DNA from: Guillardia theta CCMP2712
Taxonomy: Eukaryota; Protista; Cryptophyta
DNA length: 64,000 bases
Reading direction: 5' to 3'
Assembly (NCBI RefSeq): GCF_000315625.1
Contig: NW_005434665.1
Location: 426,882-490,881, forward strand
Part shown: one piece after another, positions 46,040-57,964 of the stretch
How positions within the stretch are numbered: the first letter of the stretch is position 1
Layout of the letters: every line of letters starts with the position of its first letter
Notes under the pieces: model-generated
Seen by the model: only the letters and a program-made list of their open reading frames with translations
Database searches by the model: none
What the model was told of the DNA's origin: nothing
Position numbers and translations under genes: made by a program

Positions 46040-46690
46040 CAGAGTCACGGTACAGTGCATGTCACGACTGAGTCACTGAGTATGGTAGCTGGCCGCCCGC
46101 CGCGCCGGGGGCCAGCGGGCCGCCAACCGTGAACTGGGCCCACTGCCGTGGCCTAGGCTCGGGCCCGGCGCGGCGTGGCACTGCCGTGCCGCCGGAGGCT
46201 GCCAGGCTGAGGCGGCCATTGACGCCAGTTGCACGGCCCGGCGGTACGCACGGTTCGACGGTCGCCCCCTGAGAAGCCCCGGCCGCTGTGCCGCCACCGT
46301 GAGCCCCCGCGGCCCGGCCCGGTGCCGACCGTACTTGCATCTGTGCCGTTGACAACCGTGAACAGGCGGCAGAGCCGCGCCGCGGCTGCCACCCTGACGT
46401 TTCAGTGGTGACTCAAACGGTTAAGCATGTGACTGACCCGGTACCGCGGCTGTGTAATGCCGGGGCCCGGTACTACCGTAACATGAACTCACGGCCTGTC
46501 GGAGCCTGCGATCACTGGCAGCCTGAGTCCGAGACCGTCGGACCGTATGAACTCAGATTCAAGGGCAAGACTCACTGAGTCAGCCTCTGGCAGTGATCGG
46601 CCTGTCCCGGCGTCACGGTAGTTCCACACGGCGGCCCGGGTGCCAGTCCCGGCGACCGGGGCCCGGCCATCCGTCACCGGGTCCTGTTGG
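46040..46690. repeat. Largest GC-rich intergenic island
   Basis: GACTGAGTCACTGAGT, TGACTCA, CACTGAGTCAG, and many GGCCCGG/CACGG words. Confidence 0.65.
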
Positions 46691-46742
46691 ACACTTTTCA
46701 CTTTTGACAATTTTTTTCCAGCCCATCTATTTCGGGTCGGGC

Positions 46743-48257
46743 ATGGCGGAAGAGGAGGCGCGTGTCGCGGCTTCAAACAGCCGAGGAGGAGGAGGAGGAG
46801 GAGGAGGAGGAGGAAGAGGCAGAAGAGCTGCAGCAGGAGCCCTGGTCATGATGCTGAGCTGCTTGGTCGTCTTACTCGTCTTCCCATCCATGGATGGGCG
46901 AGGCGAGTCGAGTGACCAGAGGTCTTCGACGCTGCAGGTCCAAGGCAGGGGACTCCCTGTCATCGAACCCCTGCAGGACTACAGCTCGGGCTACAAGGTG
47001 AAGTCAGGCTGACCTGAGCAGCTTCCTATCGAGCTTGTTCTTCAAGATCGCTCACCTGCCCTTCCAGGCTGTCCCTTACTTGAAGCCTCTCGGCATGGTC
47101 TTTGAGCAGGCCCCTGTGTTGAGGAGGGTGAGGCCACAAGGTGCTTTCATGGTGCCCATGGAGGAGACGAACAGGCGTCCATATGTCGTCCAACCACTCG
47201 CTCAGCGTCAGGTAACTTCTGAACCGAAGGCGCTTGAGATGTTCCTGAAGCGTCTCTGTCCGCCAGCAGGTTGGGTCGTTCCGGGCAGCCCCTCCTCTCG
47301 ACGGTGATGACACTTGGCGCTTCCCGCCCCTGCCGTCGAGCTGACTGATTGACATCAGACGGCCTGCGCCAGAAGGAGATCAGCGACATCCTTGCAATCA
47401 TTCGTACGTTTGCCCTTCCAAGTGACAGCTCCTGACCATGTACACTTGTAGGGGACAGCGCTGAATTGAGATCTGATTTCGAGAGGTCCTCTTTTGTGGG
47501 GAGCAAGGAGTTGTCGTTTCTGAGAGCAATGGTCCAGTGCAAGAGGCACATCTGTGAGCGGAGAATTGCCAGGCGAGGAAGCAACGGAACAGCAAGTCCC
47601 TTCGCCGAGCTCTGGTACCCTTGTATGCTGTGCTGACAATCTTCTGAGGGTGTGTCAAGACGGTGCAGAGTCAAGGGCTGGAGGGGAGATGGCACCGAGA
47701 AGAAAGTGGGCGGAAGAGAACCATGATTGGGCTACGGCAAGGTTGATTGCTACATACGACTGCTGGTTGTCAAACTCACTTTCCTCGTTTCTCCAGGTTT
47801 GCTGGCAGGAAGTATTACGGCAAGGACAAGAAAACTGTGCGAACTGGGTGAAGTTGTGAGATTGGGACCTTACGTTGTGTAGGACGGGATGCCCGACATC
47901 TCCAACATGTTTGGCATGAGTCAATCAGCAACGAGGGCTGCTGAAGGCGCTTCGGTTGCGCAGAAAGTTGAAAATGTTCTCCTCACCACCGCGGGGTAAT
48001 TTCGTGCGTTCCAGGCTGCTCAGATCGTCGCAGAGCAAGCTCCAGCATCGGCTCCCTCTCAAGGAGATGAGGTAGAAAGCGGAGCAGGTGAAGAGGAGAA
48101 CGATGAAGAGGAACGGGAGCTCGAGGCAAGGAAGAACACGGTCGGTCATCTTTTGCCGCGCGATCAGAGCTTCTGACTCGTGTGGCAGCTTGTGGACAGT
48201 GCTATCGAGAAGGCGCTGATCGAGAGGATGCGTAGATCGAACTATCTATCACATTGA
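46743..48257 (+). CDS. Hypothetical type II membrane protein, multi-exon
   Basis: MAEEEARV..., TM ALVMMLSCLVVLLVF, then spliced exons ending LVDSAIEKALIERMRRSNYLSH*. Confidence 0.55.
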
Positions 48258-48422
48258 AACATGTCTTTATCTGTGAACCAACTTTGCATACTCATCACAC
48301 CCCCGAGTTCCGTCAGCTCGAACATCCTTATGACTGAATCAAGTCACAACTACTTCTTTCCAACATAGATCAAAACATACATTCCAAAGAAAACAAAACT
48401 AGGGAGTGAGGGCCCCACCACC

Positions 48423-49891
48423 TCAGAACCGGGACATGAACACATCGTACCCTTGGTCAAAAAACGGCATCTGCATCCCTGAAAACCTGCGCACGACAGT
48501 GAGGGAGGGAAGGCCGAGGAGTTTTGATCTCTTACTGTTGCATCGGACCAGAGCTCATGCTTGACCTCACTGACGGGTTCCCGCCGAACATCCTGAACGG
48601 GCAGACGTCAGGGAGGAGATGGTGGAGGAAGCGGCGCTTGCCTTGGGGTCATGCTGCCTTGGACCATCGCCTCGTACTGGGAGATACAGTGCTGCCTGCA
48701 ATGCCATCTCGTCACCCACAACATTGACACGACTTGTCAAAAGTGACTTCCTTACCCGGTCATCAGGTCGTTTGCGGGTGTCAAAACCGCTCTCACAAGG
48801 CTGACGACGTTCTGCAAGGCTCCGTCCCTCGCTGCGATCGGGCCCTCGTAGTCGGCAAGTACGTGCAGCTCGCCCTCGGAGTTCGCACCCTTGGCGTCGC
48901 CGTCTCTATCCTCCTTCATGCTTCCTCGCCCTCGCAAGGCAAGGTGACACCCTGTCTCGTGCATGAGCTGCTTGAGCATCGACCCCCTCGTTCCGAGCAG
49001 CTTCCCCCTGCTACAGCCCATCGGAGTCTTCTGCGGAATGAAAATCTTGATGCTCGTGCGGCACAAGGACCCAAACTCTCGGTTGTGTACGACCTGCGTG
49101 TTGAACATTGGGGGGCTTCCGGGGCCCATCCCTCCTGCGGAGTAGTCGTTGTACCCTGACGACATCGAGCTGCCCTTCATCTGCGGCTCATGGAGCGCCA
49201 TCCCCATGCTCCCCGACATCCCTATGCTCCCCGACATCCCCATGCTTGGCGGCTGGACGATCTCGCCATGGATGATCTTCTTGACCAGCAGCAGCACCTT
49301 GGAGAAGGTCGCGGCCATCCGTTCCCTCGGACCCTCATACTGTATCCACACATGGAAGTCCTCTAGCACGTGCGCGTGTTGCGGATCTTCGGCCAGGCTC
49401 TCCCAAGTCTGCCCATCCCTCAGCTTCAGGCTGTTCTTGCCCTTCAACTGGATCTTACAGCCGGACTCCTGCTGCAACCATCGGATCGTCTGGCCAGAAG
49501 GCCCCAGGAGCCTCCCCCTACTCGTCCCTCCCCGGACATCTCCATGGAAGGTTGTGCCGTAGCATTCCTCCGGGACAAACACCTTGAGGATGGCTCTGAC
49601 ATCCCCTGCACTGATCTCCTCCTCTGATTCCAGCACTGAGCTTATCCCTTCCCCCTCATGTGCGGTCCATGGCGGCACCTCGGGGGAAGCGTCCAGGTGT
49701 TGTCTGACGCGGTCAATCTCGTCGAGGAGCAGGCGCTCGCTATGAGGAAGACGCTCTGCTTCGTTCTTGGATCTGTGCCTCTCAAGCTCATACTCGAGCT
49801 CCTCCAGGTATTTCTTGGTGTCCATATCCAGATGCTTGTTCACTGAAGCATCATCCTGGATGCTCGTTCTAGGACGTTTTCCTCCTATCAT
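48423..49891 (-). CDS. RNA-binding protein with two STAR/SF1-type maxi-KH domains
   Basis: KVFVP...GRLLGPSGQTIRWLQQESGCKIQLKGKNS...EDFHVWI and KIFIP...GKLLGTRGSMLKQLMHETGCHLALRGRGS...ELHVL. Confidence 0.88.
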
Positions 49892-50169
49892 CTTGCAGGC
49901 TGTTGTCGTCCTACTCTTGTTCGGTCATGTGCCCGCGTCCTTGTCTCCGAGTTCGAACGAGGTGCACAACCTTGCTTTTCAACCCACTGGAGGTGCCAGG
50001 GTTTCCAACTTCTCGCGTCCAATTGTCTCGTCCCTTCTCCTTCCTCTTTCTGTCCCCTCCTTCCTCCCTCCCTTCCTCTGTGTCCTCCCTTCCTCTGTGT
50101 CTCCTCCTCCCTTCCTCTCTTCCTCGTCGTCCCCGTCCTCTGCTCGCTTCAACCACTCCCTCTTGCCAA

Positions 50170-50400
50170 ATCCCCTCCAATACCAGGCACCACACCCTTG
50201 AATCTGTCACCACCCCTACCACCCAGAATATCCACCCCCGTAATTTACTATCCACCCTCCATATGAGTGTAATAATCATTAATAAGGGAGGTTGTGTGCC
50301 TCTCTCTGTTTGAACCTACCCCCCACAGATTCACACTTGTACCCAACCTTTTCCTTCCTTCCACCCCCTCAAAATCACCCCCACCCCACCCCTTAGACGG
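50170..50400 (-). promoter_or_regulatory. (T/C)ACCC-rich block upstream of the minus-strand KH gene
   Basis: CACCCCTACCACCC, TACCCCC, CACCCCCACCCCACCCC. Confidence 0.5.
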
Positions 50401-50591
50401 AACGCTACAACAAGCAGGAAGGAATGCGAGGAATAGGAACAAGCATGAAGGGCGAAAATGAGCGAAGAAGCAGGGCTGCGATGAGAGCAGGTGGCGAGAC
50501 GACATGTTCCCGCGGCGCATACATGACCATTCCTTTAATCCTCAATAAATGCAAACGTTCCTTCCTCCGTCTTCGACACCACCGACCAGTC

Positions 50592-52923
50592 TTAACTTAG
50601 CTTGCCCAGTTGAATCTTTTTCGCAATCTTCTGGCCTGCGCAACGAAGAGGCTCAGAGGAGGAAGCAGCGAGATGATGATGTACCCGTGTAGATGGTGGA
50701 GTCAATGATACCCATGACAGTGAACACTCCTCCAATGATGGCGCAGAGCCCCTAGCAAACACGATCACACAACTACCATCACTGCCGAGTTCCTCTAGCG
50801 CTCACAGTGAGGAAATGCAGGAAGGAGTTGTTGCGTTCAGCCAGAGTAGCCTGACGAGGATAGAAAGATCAATGATGGGGAACAGACACCTCGAGAATCT
50901 TCACCTTGATGGGAGAAAGATCGTAGAAGAAGAAGACTCCAGGCAATCCTCTGTGTGAAACATCAGTGCTGCAGCATATGCTCCCTGCCTGCTGCTTGCT
51001 CAGTCACCTGGTGAATCCCTCTAGCTGTCTCGTGTTCTCAGTGGTGGAGAACTGATTCGTAGACAAGATCTGCATGCAAGTCAGTACTGGCATCCTACTC
51101 GGCAGAAGGCAGTTCACCGTCCCGTTCCTGTACTGGTACTGGGTAGGGACAACCTATCGTAACCGCGTTACCAACGACTTGGAGGTAGACCATGGATTCG
51201 ACCCCACCTTGACGAAGTACTGGTACATGGCCGATCTGAACTCACAGATTCTTGAAGAAGCAATGTCTTACACGGCAGTCGACCCCACTCGAATCACGGT
51301 ACCTGACAACACCATCCAACGGGTTGACGCGGCCGGGGTACTGCGGGGGGACGTCAGACCAGCTGCTGAGCGACCTGGAGGCTCTGACCTTTCTTCCGAA
51401 GGAGAGATGGTTGATTGCATGGCTGACGTTGTAGTCGGTTTTCCTGAGAACCAGCAGATCTTGAAAGTGTACCCCAACCTGCTCGATGAAGTTGAGAGGA
51501 TGGTGAGGGAGGAAAGAGGAGATGGGATGGGAGGGAAGGGGATGGGAGAAGATGAAAGAAGGGACCAAAGCTACCTGGGAAAAGCTCTTCCCGGGAGAGA
51601 AGTGAAAATTTCCAGCAACTTTGTTGACCTGCTCCCTTGTCAACCCTTCGAACTCTTTTGAGCAACTTTTTCAAGTCACGAGCAGCGGATTGGAACTTGC
51701 CTGCAATGTTCCCACAACCCGACAACCTTCGTGCCTCTCTTCCTGCATCTTCAGGAGGAAACCCTCAGTCTTGCACTGCAGAGAGGGTCAGCATATCCGA
51801 CAGACCCATAGGAGCAGCACGACTACCTGAACAATTCCGTCCGAGTTCACGAAAGCCCATCCTCTCCTTCGATAGGCCTCGCGCACCTGAAGGGAAGGCT
51901 CTTGAGCAAGAGGAAGGCAAGGCAACACGAGGTTGTTCACCGAGTCGCAAGTGTTACAGCATTCGTCGGGTGACTCTTCTGCTCCGTAACATGATCCGCA
52001 CTCTCCTCCTGTGAGCGGGGCGTCAAATCCTGCATGTGCTCGAAGAGTCGTAAAGTCACCGGAACCGTCTTCCTTTCCTTGGGTCACTGCATGTATTTCA
52101 TTCACAAAGATGTCCATCTCAGTGGTTGTTTGGAGGTGCAGAGTTGTGAAAGGCTCACATGCTTTCACTGCGGTCCGGTTGCTATGAATGTCCAGTTCAC
52201 GCTCCATCTCCGCAACATTCTGTGAAGTTGAAACTTGTTACATTCAGACAAGCACGCGAAAGCAGAAGGATCACATTTCCATCTACATCAAGTCTCTGCT
52301 TGTAAACCTCATGATGTACGTCTATATGCTGAAAGGAATGTTCGAGTCAGCACCACAGCATCAACAACTGTCCCCATCAAACCTGTTCACCACTGATATC
52401 CATCGTGTCTAAACTAATTATTGTACATGGCATGGCATGAAATCTGAATTCAGGGATCAGCTCTGCGTCACCAAGACATCCTCCCGCACGTAATATTAAA
52501 GTTAATCTGCAGCTTCTCCCCGCGCGAGGTGTCGACCCTGTGGGCCAGTTAGGTCTCCATGGTACGATGAGGGTGCCACGTACGATAGCTCGTGATCCGT
52601 TTGAATGGTCAAGTATAGATTAATTTCGCCCAAGATCAACACAAACATAATAAGAAATCTTTGGAGAGAGAAAAACAAAAAGTTGCATTAGAGCGAAATT
52701 CACAAGGTGAAATTCATACCCCAAAATCGATACCACTGCTCCAGCTAACGTCCGGACCTAGAATGAAAGATGAGGCAGATCATTTGACTCTCATTGATCT
52801 TTCTCACCTGGAAATCCTGGATTGTCTTTGGATAAATATCGAATTCTCGCAATCTGGGCCAACATAAGGTGGGTCGACCAACAGACAAGAATCCAACAAC
52901 CTGCTGAAAACTCGAAAGTCCAT
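50592..52923 (-). CDS. ERGIC3: ER-Golgi intermediate compartment protein 3 (Erv46)
   Basis: LREFDIYPK, VDTSRGEKLQINFNIT, CGSCYGAE..CCNTC|VREAYRRRGWA, VNKVAGNFHFSPG, SHAINHLSFG, NPLDG, YQYFVK|VVPT, LPGVFFFYDLSPIK, LCAIIGGVFTV, KKIQLGKLS*. Confidence 0.95.
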
Positions 52924-53249
52924 CTTGACACACCCAATCAACTCCTTGCTCCTCAAATTTCCTGCACATAAAGCCAATCAGAAGGGTAGCCAGCCACCCT
53001 GAGTCGGGTGCCTCTTTGAAATTCCATCACATCCCCCTCATCTCAACCACTATCAATCCCTTTAAGAGCAAGATACTCTTCTTCCTCTACCATCAGACGC
53101 TTTGAAACAGCATGTTCCGCAATTTTCGCTCCTCACTTCTCTTCCCCCATCAATCATTTCCTTCCCCGCCATGTTGATATTTCACGCGCTCCTCACGACA
53201 TTCCAAGGGTTCCACGTAATCCAACCCCCCTCAGCCCCTCATCAGTTGT

Positions 53250-53712
53250 TAGCGGGCCCGGCCCGGCGGCCCGGCCCGGCCGCCGGCGGCTGGGCGCACT
53301 CTGCCAGCCGCAGACGCCTGTCGGGCTCGCGGCCGCCTGTCCGACGTTAGTACCTGGCCGCTGAGGCCGCTGAGGCCACCGTCCGATACGGACAGTGAGA
53401 CGGTCTGAAGCCTCCGCGCCGGCGGGCCCGATAGCAGTCACACGCCGCGACGGGCAGTGGGCCCCGGGGCCCGGCCAGCCTGAGTGCCGGCCCGGCCGGG
53501 CGCACTGCACCGTCGGCGGGTGCCACACTGTGACAGTGACCGGCTACTCTCTTTAACTCTCCTGATTACGGTCCTCGTACTGAATGGCGGTCCGATGCAA
53601 TGATGCGGCATGAGAGCCTCGGCGACACTGTGTACGGTCCGATCCGATCGGACTCCGAGGCTCGCGAGTCGGGCCTGCGGCCCCGGGCCCGGCGCCGTGC
53701 TCAGTCAGTCAC
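53250..53712. repeat. GC-rich intergenic island
   Basis: Repeated GGCCCGGCC, CACTGTGACAGTGAC, CTCAGTCAGTCAC. Confidence 0.65.
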
Positions 53713-53781
53713 GCAAGTTTAGAGTAGTAGTACGGTAGTGTTTGTGATAATGATGAGTAAAAAAATCAGCCCATACAAAAG

Positions 53782-55254
53782 ATGCGGGGCGCGATGCGAG
53801 TGTTTGTGTCAGGCGATGGTGGAGTTGACGACTTGGCTGCCTTGACCATGACCGTGGCGGCGATGATGGCAGGGAGCATCGAGATCGTTGGAGTGGCTGT
53901 GACAGGAGGAAACTGCTTTCTTGATGCTGGTGTACAAGCTTCCAGAAAGATCCTTGACCTTGCAGGGTTGGATGGCAAGGTCCAAGTATCGACCTGCGAT
54001 GCGGAGGGAGTGAATCCCTTCCCCCGTTCTTGGAGGAGCGCTTCCTATGGCATCTGTCATATCCCCAGGCTCTTGAGGGATGGACGGCCACGCACTGAAG
54101 TATGTTGTTATCGTGTCCCTTGTGAAGTGGCTCACTCTATGCTAGTTACTACAAACTCCAGCCCACATCCACCTGGCTGAATGCTGCATGAAAAGCAATA
54201 CGCCTATAACCGTCCTAGAAACAGGGCCCTTGACGTGCATGGCAAGGGCCCTTCATGCCTTCCCTGAACTGGCAAAGCCGGACAGAATCAGCCAGGTAAA
54301 GCCAGGACCGATCTGCTCAACTCAGATTCTCCTTCAGCTAGTTTGGATGGGCGGAGCTATTGACGTTGAAGGGAATGTACACAGAGAGGGGTAAGGCGTT
54401 CTCTAGTGCTTCAGCCTTGCCTGATGAGATCCGATGGCCGGGATAGAACGGACGGCTCAGCGGAGTGGAACGTGTATTGGGATCCGCTATCAGCGAAGAA
54501 AGTGATCGATGCAGGTAAGGGTGGGCGCATGGGATCATTGTTGATGATTATTTAAGGACCAAAACTTCGTATTTGTCCGCTCGATGTTTGCAATCAAGCT
54601 CCCATCACAACCAAGTTCCTGGTTGACTTGTACGGGGTTGCGGTGCAGCCCTCGGGTGCACTGAAAGTTGCGCAGGTCTATGCGGACCAAGCCTTTCGCC
54701 CCTGAGCGGGTACACTTTGCTGACATCACCGGTCAAATTTTTGCTCCTTCGATGAGATCCTTTGAATGGTACGATGTTGCACGTTGGTGCAAGCAAGGCC
54801 AACATTTGAGGCAGGGGAGACGAGAAATCGTCCAGCAAGCCTTCGCTCTTTGCTTGGGATGTACTGGCTGCCAGCTATGCACTGTACCTGCTTGGAGGAC
54901 TTGTGGGTCTGCCAGTTGACTTTCTCAATCCTTGGCAGATGGCCGGACTTGTTCGCTTGTGAGGAAATGAATCTCGATGTGGTAGGTTGACCACCAGGCT
55001 CATTGTCCTAAGCCAATGTGTACTTCGACGAAGCTGAATGGTTTTGGATTTTTCAGTCCTTGGAAGGGCCAAGTGAAGGGAGGCTGTTTAGGTCATCGCA
55101 GGCAACGCAGGTGGTGAACGTGATTGCTCTTTTGTTACCAGTCACCGGCCGATGGCAGAGACAGAGCTGTACGGTACTCAAGACTGTCAACAACGAGGAG
55201 TGGAAATCAAGATATTTCTCGCTTTTGTCTGATACCCCCCCGGAACACAGATGA
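53782..55254 (+). CDS. Inosine-uridine preferring nucleoside hydrolase family protein (resembles the purine-specific IAG type)
   Basis: DGGVDD, LETGPLTC, WMGGAIDVEGNV, DGSAEWNVYWDPLSA, WDVLAASY. Confidence 0.88.
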
Positions 55255-56213
55255 CAGGATTTTCGAAATGATAACTGGGGTTGACTGATATCAATAAGAC
55301 GAACCAATAAGACGAATTTGTCACCGGCTGTACTGATGAGGGGAGAGCCAGGGTGCAACAGAAAAGACTCTGAGAGGTGAAGGCACAGCAGCAAGGAGAG
55401 TCACTCGCTCGGAGGGACTCGGGATGACTCACCGTGCCGGGGGAGACCGGTATCACAGACGGTCATGCTGAGAAGAGGAGAAGCCTCCCCGGGAAAGAAG
55501 TTGGGAGGACTCCCCGGCCGGGTCCGATCGGCCCACAGTGGGTCGGCGGCCTTCAACGGTTTCGTTTAGCTACACTTGAATCTGATGTCGGCGCGACTGA
55601 GATAGGTCATGGGTCACCAGAAGCCTTACCGTGGCATTTAGACTGAGAATCTCAGCATTTTGAAGCATTAGCTCTCCTGTTTTTCCCTGTGCCATTGCCA
55701 ACATTTCACCGTGCGGCAGCTCTGTAGGGTCGGAATGCAAACCACTGTCAGGTATCAGCTGCCAACTTCACACTGCTAAAATGAACCCACATGCAGGGAG
55801 GTCAATATCCTCACTTGTTATGCTCAAAACAACAGCTGCCATTAATTTATCGTTTCACTGTTGAACACGACAGGGCACAAAAGCGCCATTTTTGCAGTGA
55901 AAGTTGAGATTAGATTTTCGAAAAGAGCTGCAACATGAAAGGAAGAGTAAATTCAATTGAAGTTCAAATCAACCTGTACCAAAACCACTTGCAATCATGT
56001 TTTTGTGTTTGCTTTCCATCGTAACTGACCAAACGTAAGCTTCTATGAAGTGATCAAATAATTTTCGTTTTCCTATCGTTAGCTTGCAAATTCACAGCGC
56101 TACACAAGGGATAAAATCAACCATAAAAAATTTCTATCATGATATGGAATGCAGTTTGCTATTGGAATTTACTGGTACCAACCCAAACTCAACAGCACAA
56201 TTTCTGTTTGGAA

Positions 56214-56544
56214 TCAGTAGTCTGTGACACGATTTGAGGCGTTGCCTCTCATCACATATTGTTGTTCCCTAATCTGGCGCTCAAGAGGCCAAATTTGAGG
56301 AGCAACATAGGCAATCCCCAAGCCTAAAAACCTTTGTCAGGACAAGAAAGGTATCAAATTTTGCGTCCCCTCCAACCACATATCTGCATCAGAAAGACTT
56401 ACCGACAACGCCCAAGACAATACTGTAGACAGCAATGGGCTCATGTTCCATGGCGCTCTTCATGCCTCCCATGAAGCCTCCGTTCGCTACGCTCGCTATG
56501 CGCGCTACGTTCGCCACTCGCTGCAGTTGCCTGCTGCTTACCAT
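56214..56544 (-). CDS. 83-aa single-TM protein resembling complex I subunit NDUFA3/B9 (fungal 9.5-kDa subunit)
   Basis: Intron 56324-56402 joins ...MKSAMEHEPIAVYSIVLGVVG|LGIAYVAPQIWPLERQ..., matching the EP-x3-S-x3-G TM pattern of B9. Not in the ORF track. Confidence 0.6.
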
Positions 56545-56714
56545 GCCGAGGAGCGGACAGCGCTGTTGTGGGATGAGGGGCCAAAAAGCAACCGGGACAG
56601 AGATGGGATGTGGGTTTGAAACTTTGTCGTTACGTATCCAACCGTAGCACCGTTACAGTAACGGTGAAGTCCTCCGTTGAGGCGGACTCGAAGTGATCAG
56701 CCACGTGGACAAGA

Positions 56715-57150
56715 ATAGGGTAGGTGGGAAACGGGTTCCATGAGGGGGTACAGAACACACTTGGACGGTACCAGGTTTGAAGGTACCCCCAGCAATCACC
56801 GGTTGTTCATTGTTTGATTGTCCACCCTACCCACTATTTTTACATCATTGAAAGGGATAAGGACCCCTGTATTTCCGTGTGAAACCTGTACCCTACCCTG
56901 TGGCTTTCTGTCGAGGGGTCGTACATGCCTCTTGGTCGAAAGGAGGGAGGTTGAAGAGGCACGTCTCTTCGACTAATGGGAGGGGTGGGGTAGGCTGGAA
57001 GGCTAAGACAGTAGCTCAGAAGGAAGGGTTGGGTTATTACATTGGAGAGGATATTGATAAAAGTGAAGGTAGTGCTGTGTATGAGAATCATCATCCCACG
57101 GTGTCTTTTTTTTCAAGCAAGTGGGTGGGGTAGTGGCAGAGGGTATGTAA
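56715..57150 (+). promoter_or_regulatory. GGGT-rich block upstream of the 56-aa gene
   Basis: GGGGTGGGGTAGG, GTGGGTGGGGTAG; followed by a short non-coding exon (donor GTGAGA at 57187). Confidence 0.5.
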
Positions 57151-57308
57151 AGGGCCAGGGGACCACTCCGCAGCACACCAGAGACGGTGAGAGCAGCTGC
57201 CATGGATCTTGATAGCTTCTTCCTCCCCTTTGTCTCGCGCTTCCCCTCCCTCCTTGTGAAGATGAATGATATATGATGTCTTTGTATCGTTCTGACTGAT
57301 GCATCCAG

Positions 57309-57479
57309 ATGATCTGCAAGCTCTTTGACCTCGAGGACTACGCCGGTACCTACCGCGAGACCCGCAACGCCTACCTCAAGGCCGCCAACCAGCTCAAGCT
57401 CGCCACTGGCCCCTACAAGGCTGCCCGCGATGCCTACGTCGCTGCCACCGCCACCTACACCAAGTCCCTCTACGAGTAA
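57309..57479 (+). CDS. 56-aa Ala/Tyr-rich helical protein, candidate cryptophyte ejectisome ribbon protein (ejectisin/Tri type)
   Basis: MICKLFDLEDYAGTYRETRNAYLKAANQLKLATGPYKAARDAYVAATATYTKSLYE*. Extreme C/G-ending codon bias; ATG directly after a CTGAC...CAG acceptor; Tyr/Leu heptad. The family call is from memory only. Confidence 0.75.
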   Translation: MICKLFDLEDYAGTYRETRNAYLKAANQLKLATGPYKAARDAYVAATATYTKSLYE

Positions 57480-57964
57480 ATTATCCGCTTGGGCATCCAG
57501 TGAAGCTTCCAGTGCAGTCGGAACACCCAGCAAGGGACTCGCAGCCAGCTCGGCTAAGTCTGGATGAGTTCATTCATGCCAAGAGGTGCCTTGCTCATCC
57601 GAGCATCGAGGAGTCGAGATCTCAATTACGCTCCTTCAGATCCCTCCAAACTTCAGATTGTGACACCAAATAGTGATACTTGTCAGTCTCTCAAATGCCT
57701 TTGCTTGATACTGTCATTCTTTCAACTGCCGTTGCTGGCACGTATTTGACCGACCGAAAAATACTCACAAGAACAACGGTGTATGGTTCCTTGCACAAAA
57801 GATGCCTTGTTCGGACGGGCACTCACCGCAGTGCTTGTCTAGCAAATCATTCATTTCCAATGTCTTCTCGGAGAACCAAGGGAGTTTAGCAAGTGAAATT
57901 GTTAAAGTTTGGGTTCAAATTGAAAGAAGCGTGGAGATGTACTTGCTCATAAAGGTGTCGCATT

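Noticed and set aside
53794-53835. Nucleoside hydrolase motif begins SGDGGVDD rather than DxDxxxDD
   Set aside because: The Ca2+-ligating and catalytic aspartates later in the motif are kept, so there is no good evidence of inactivation.
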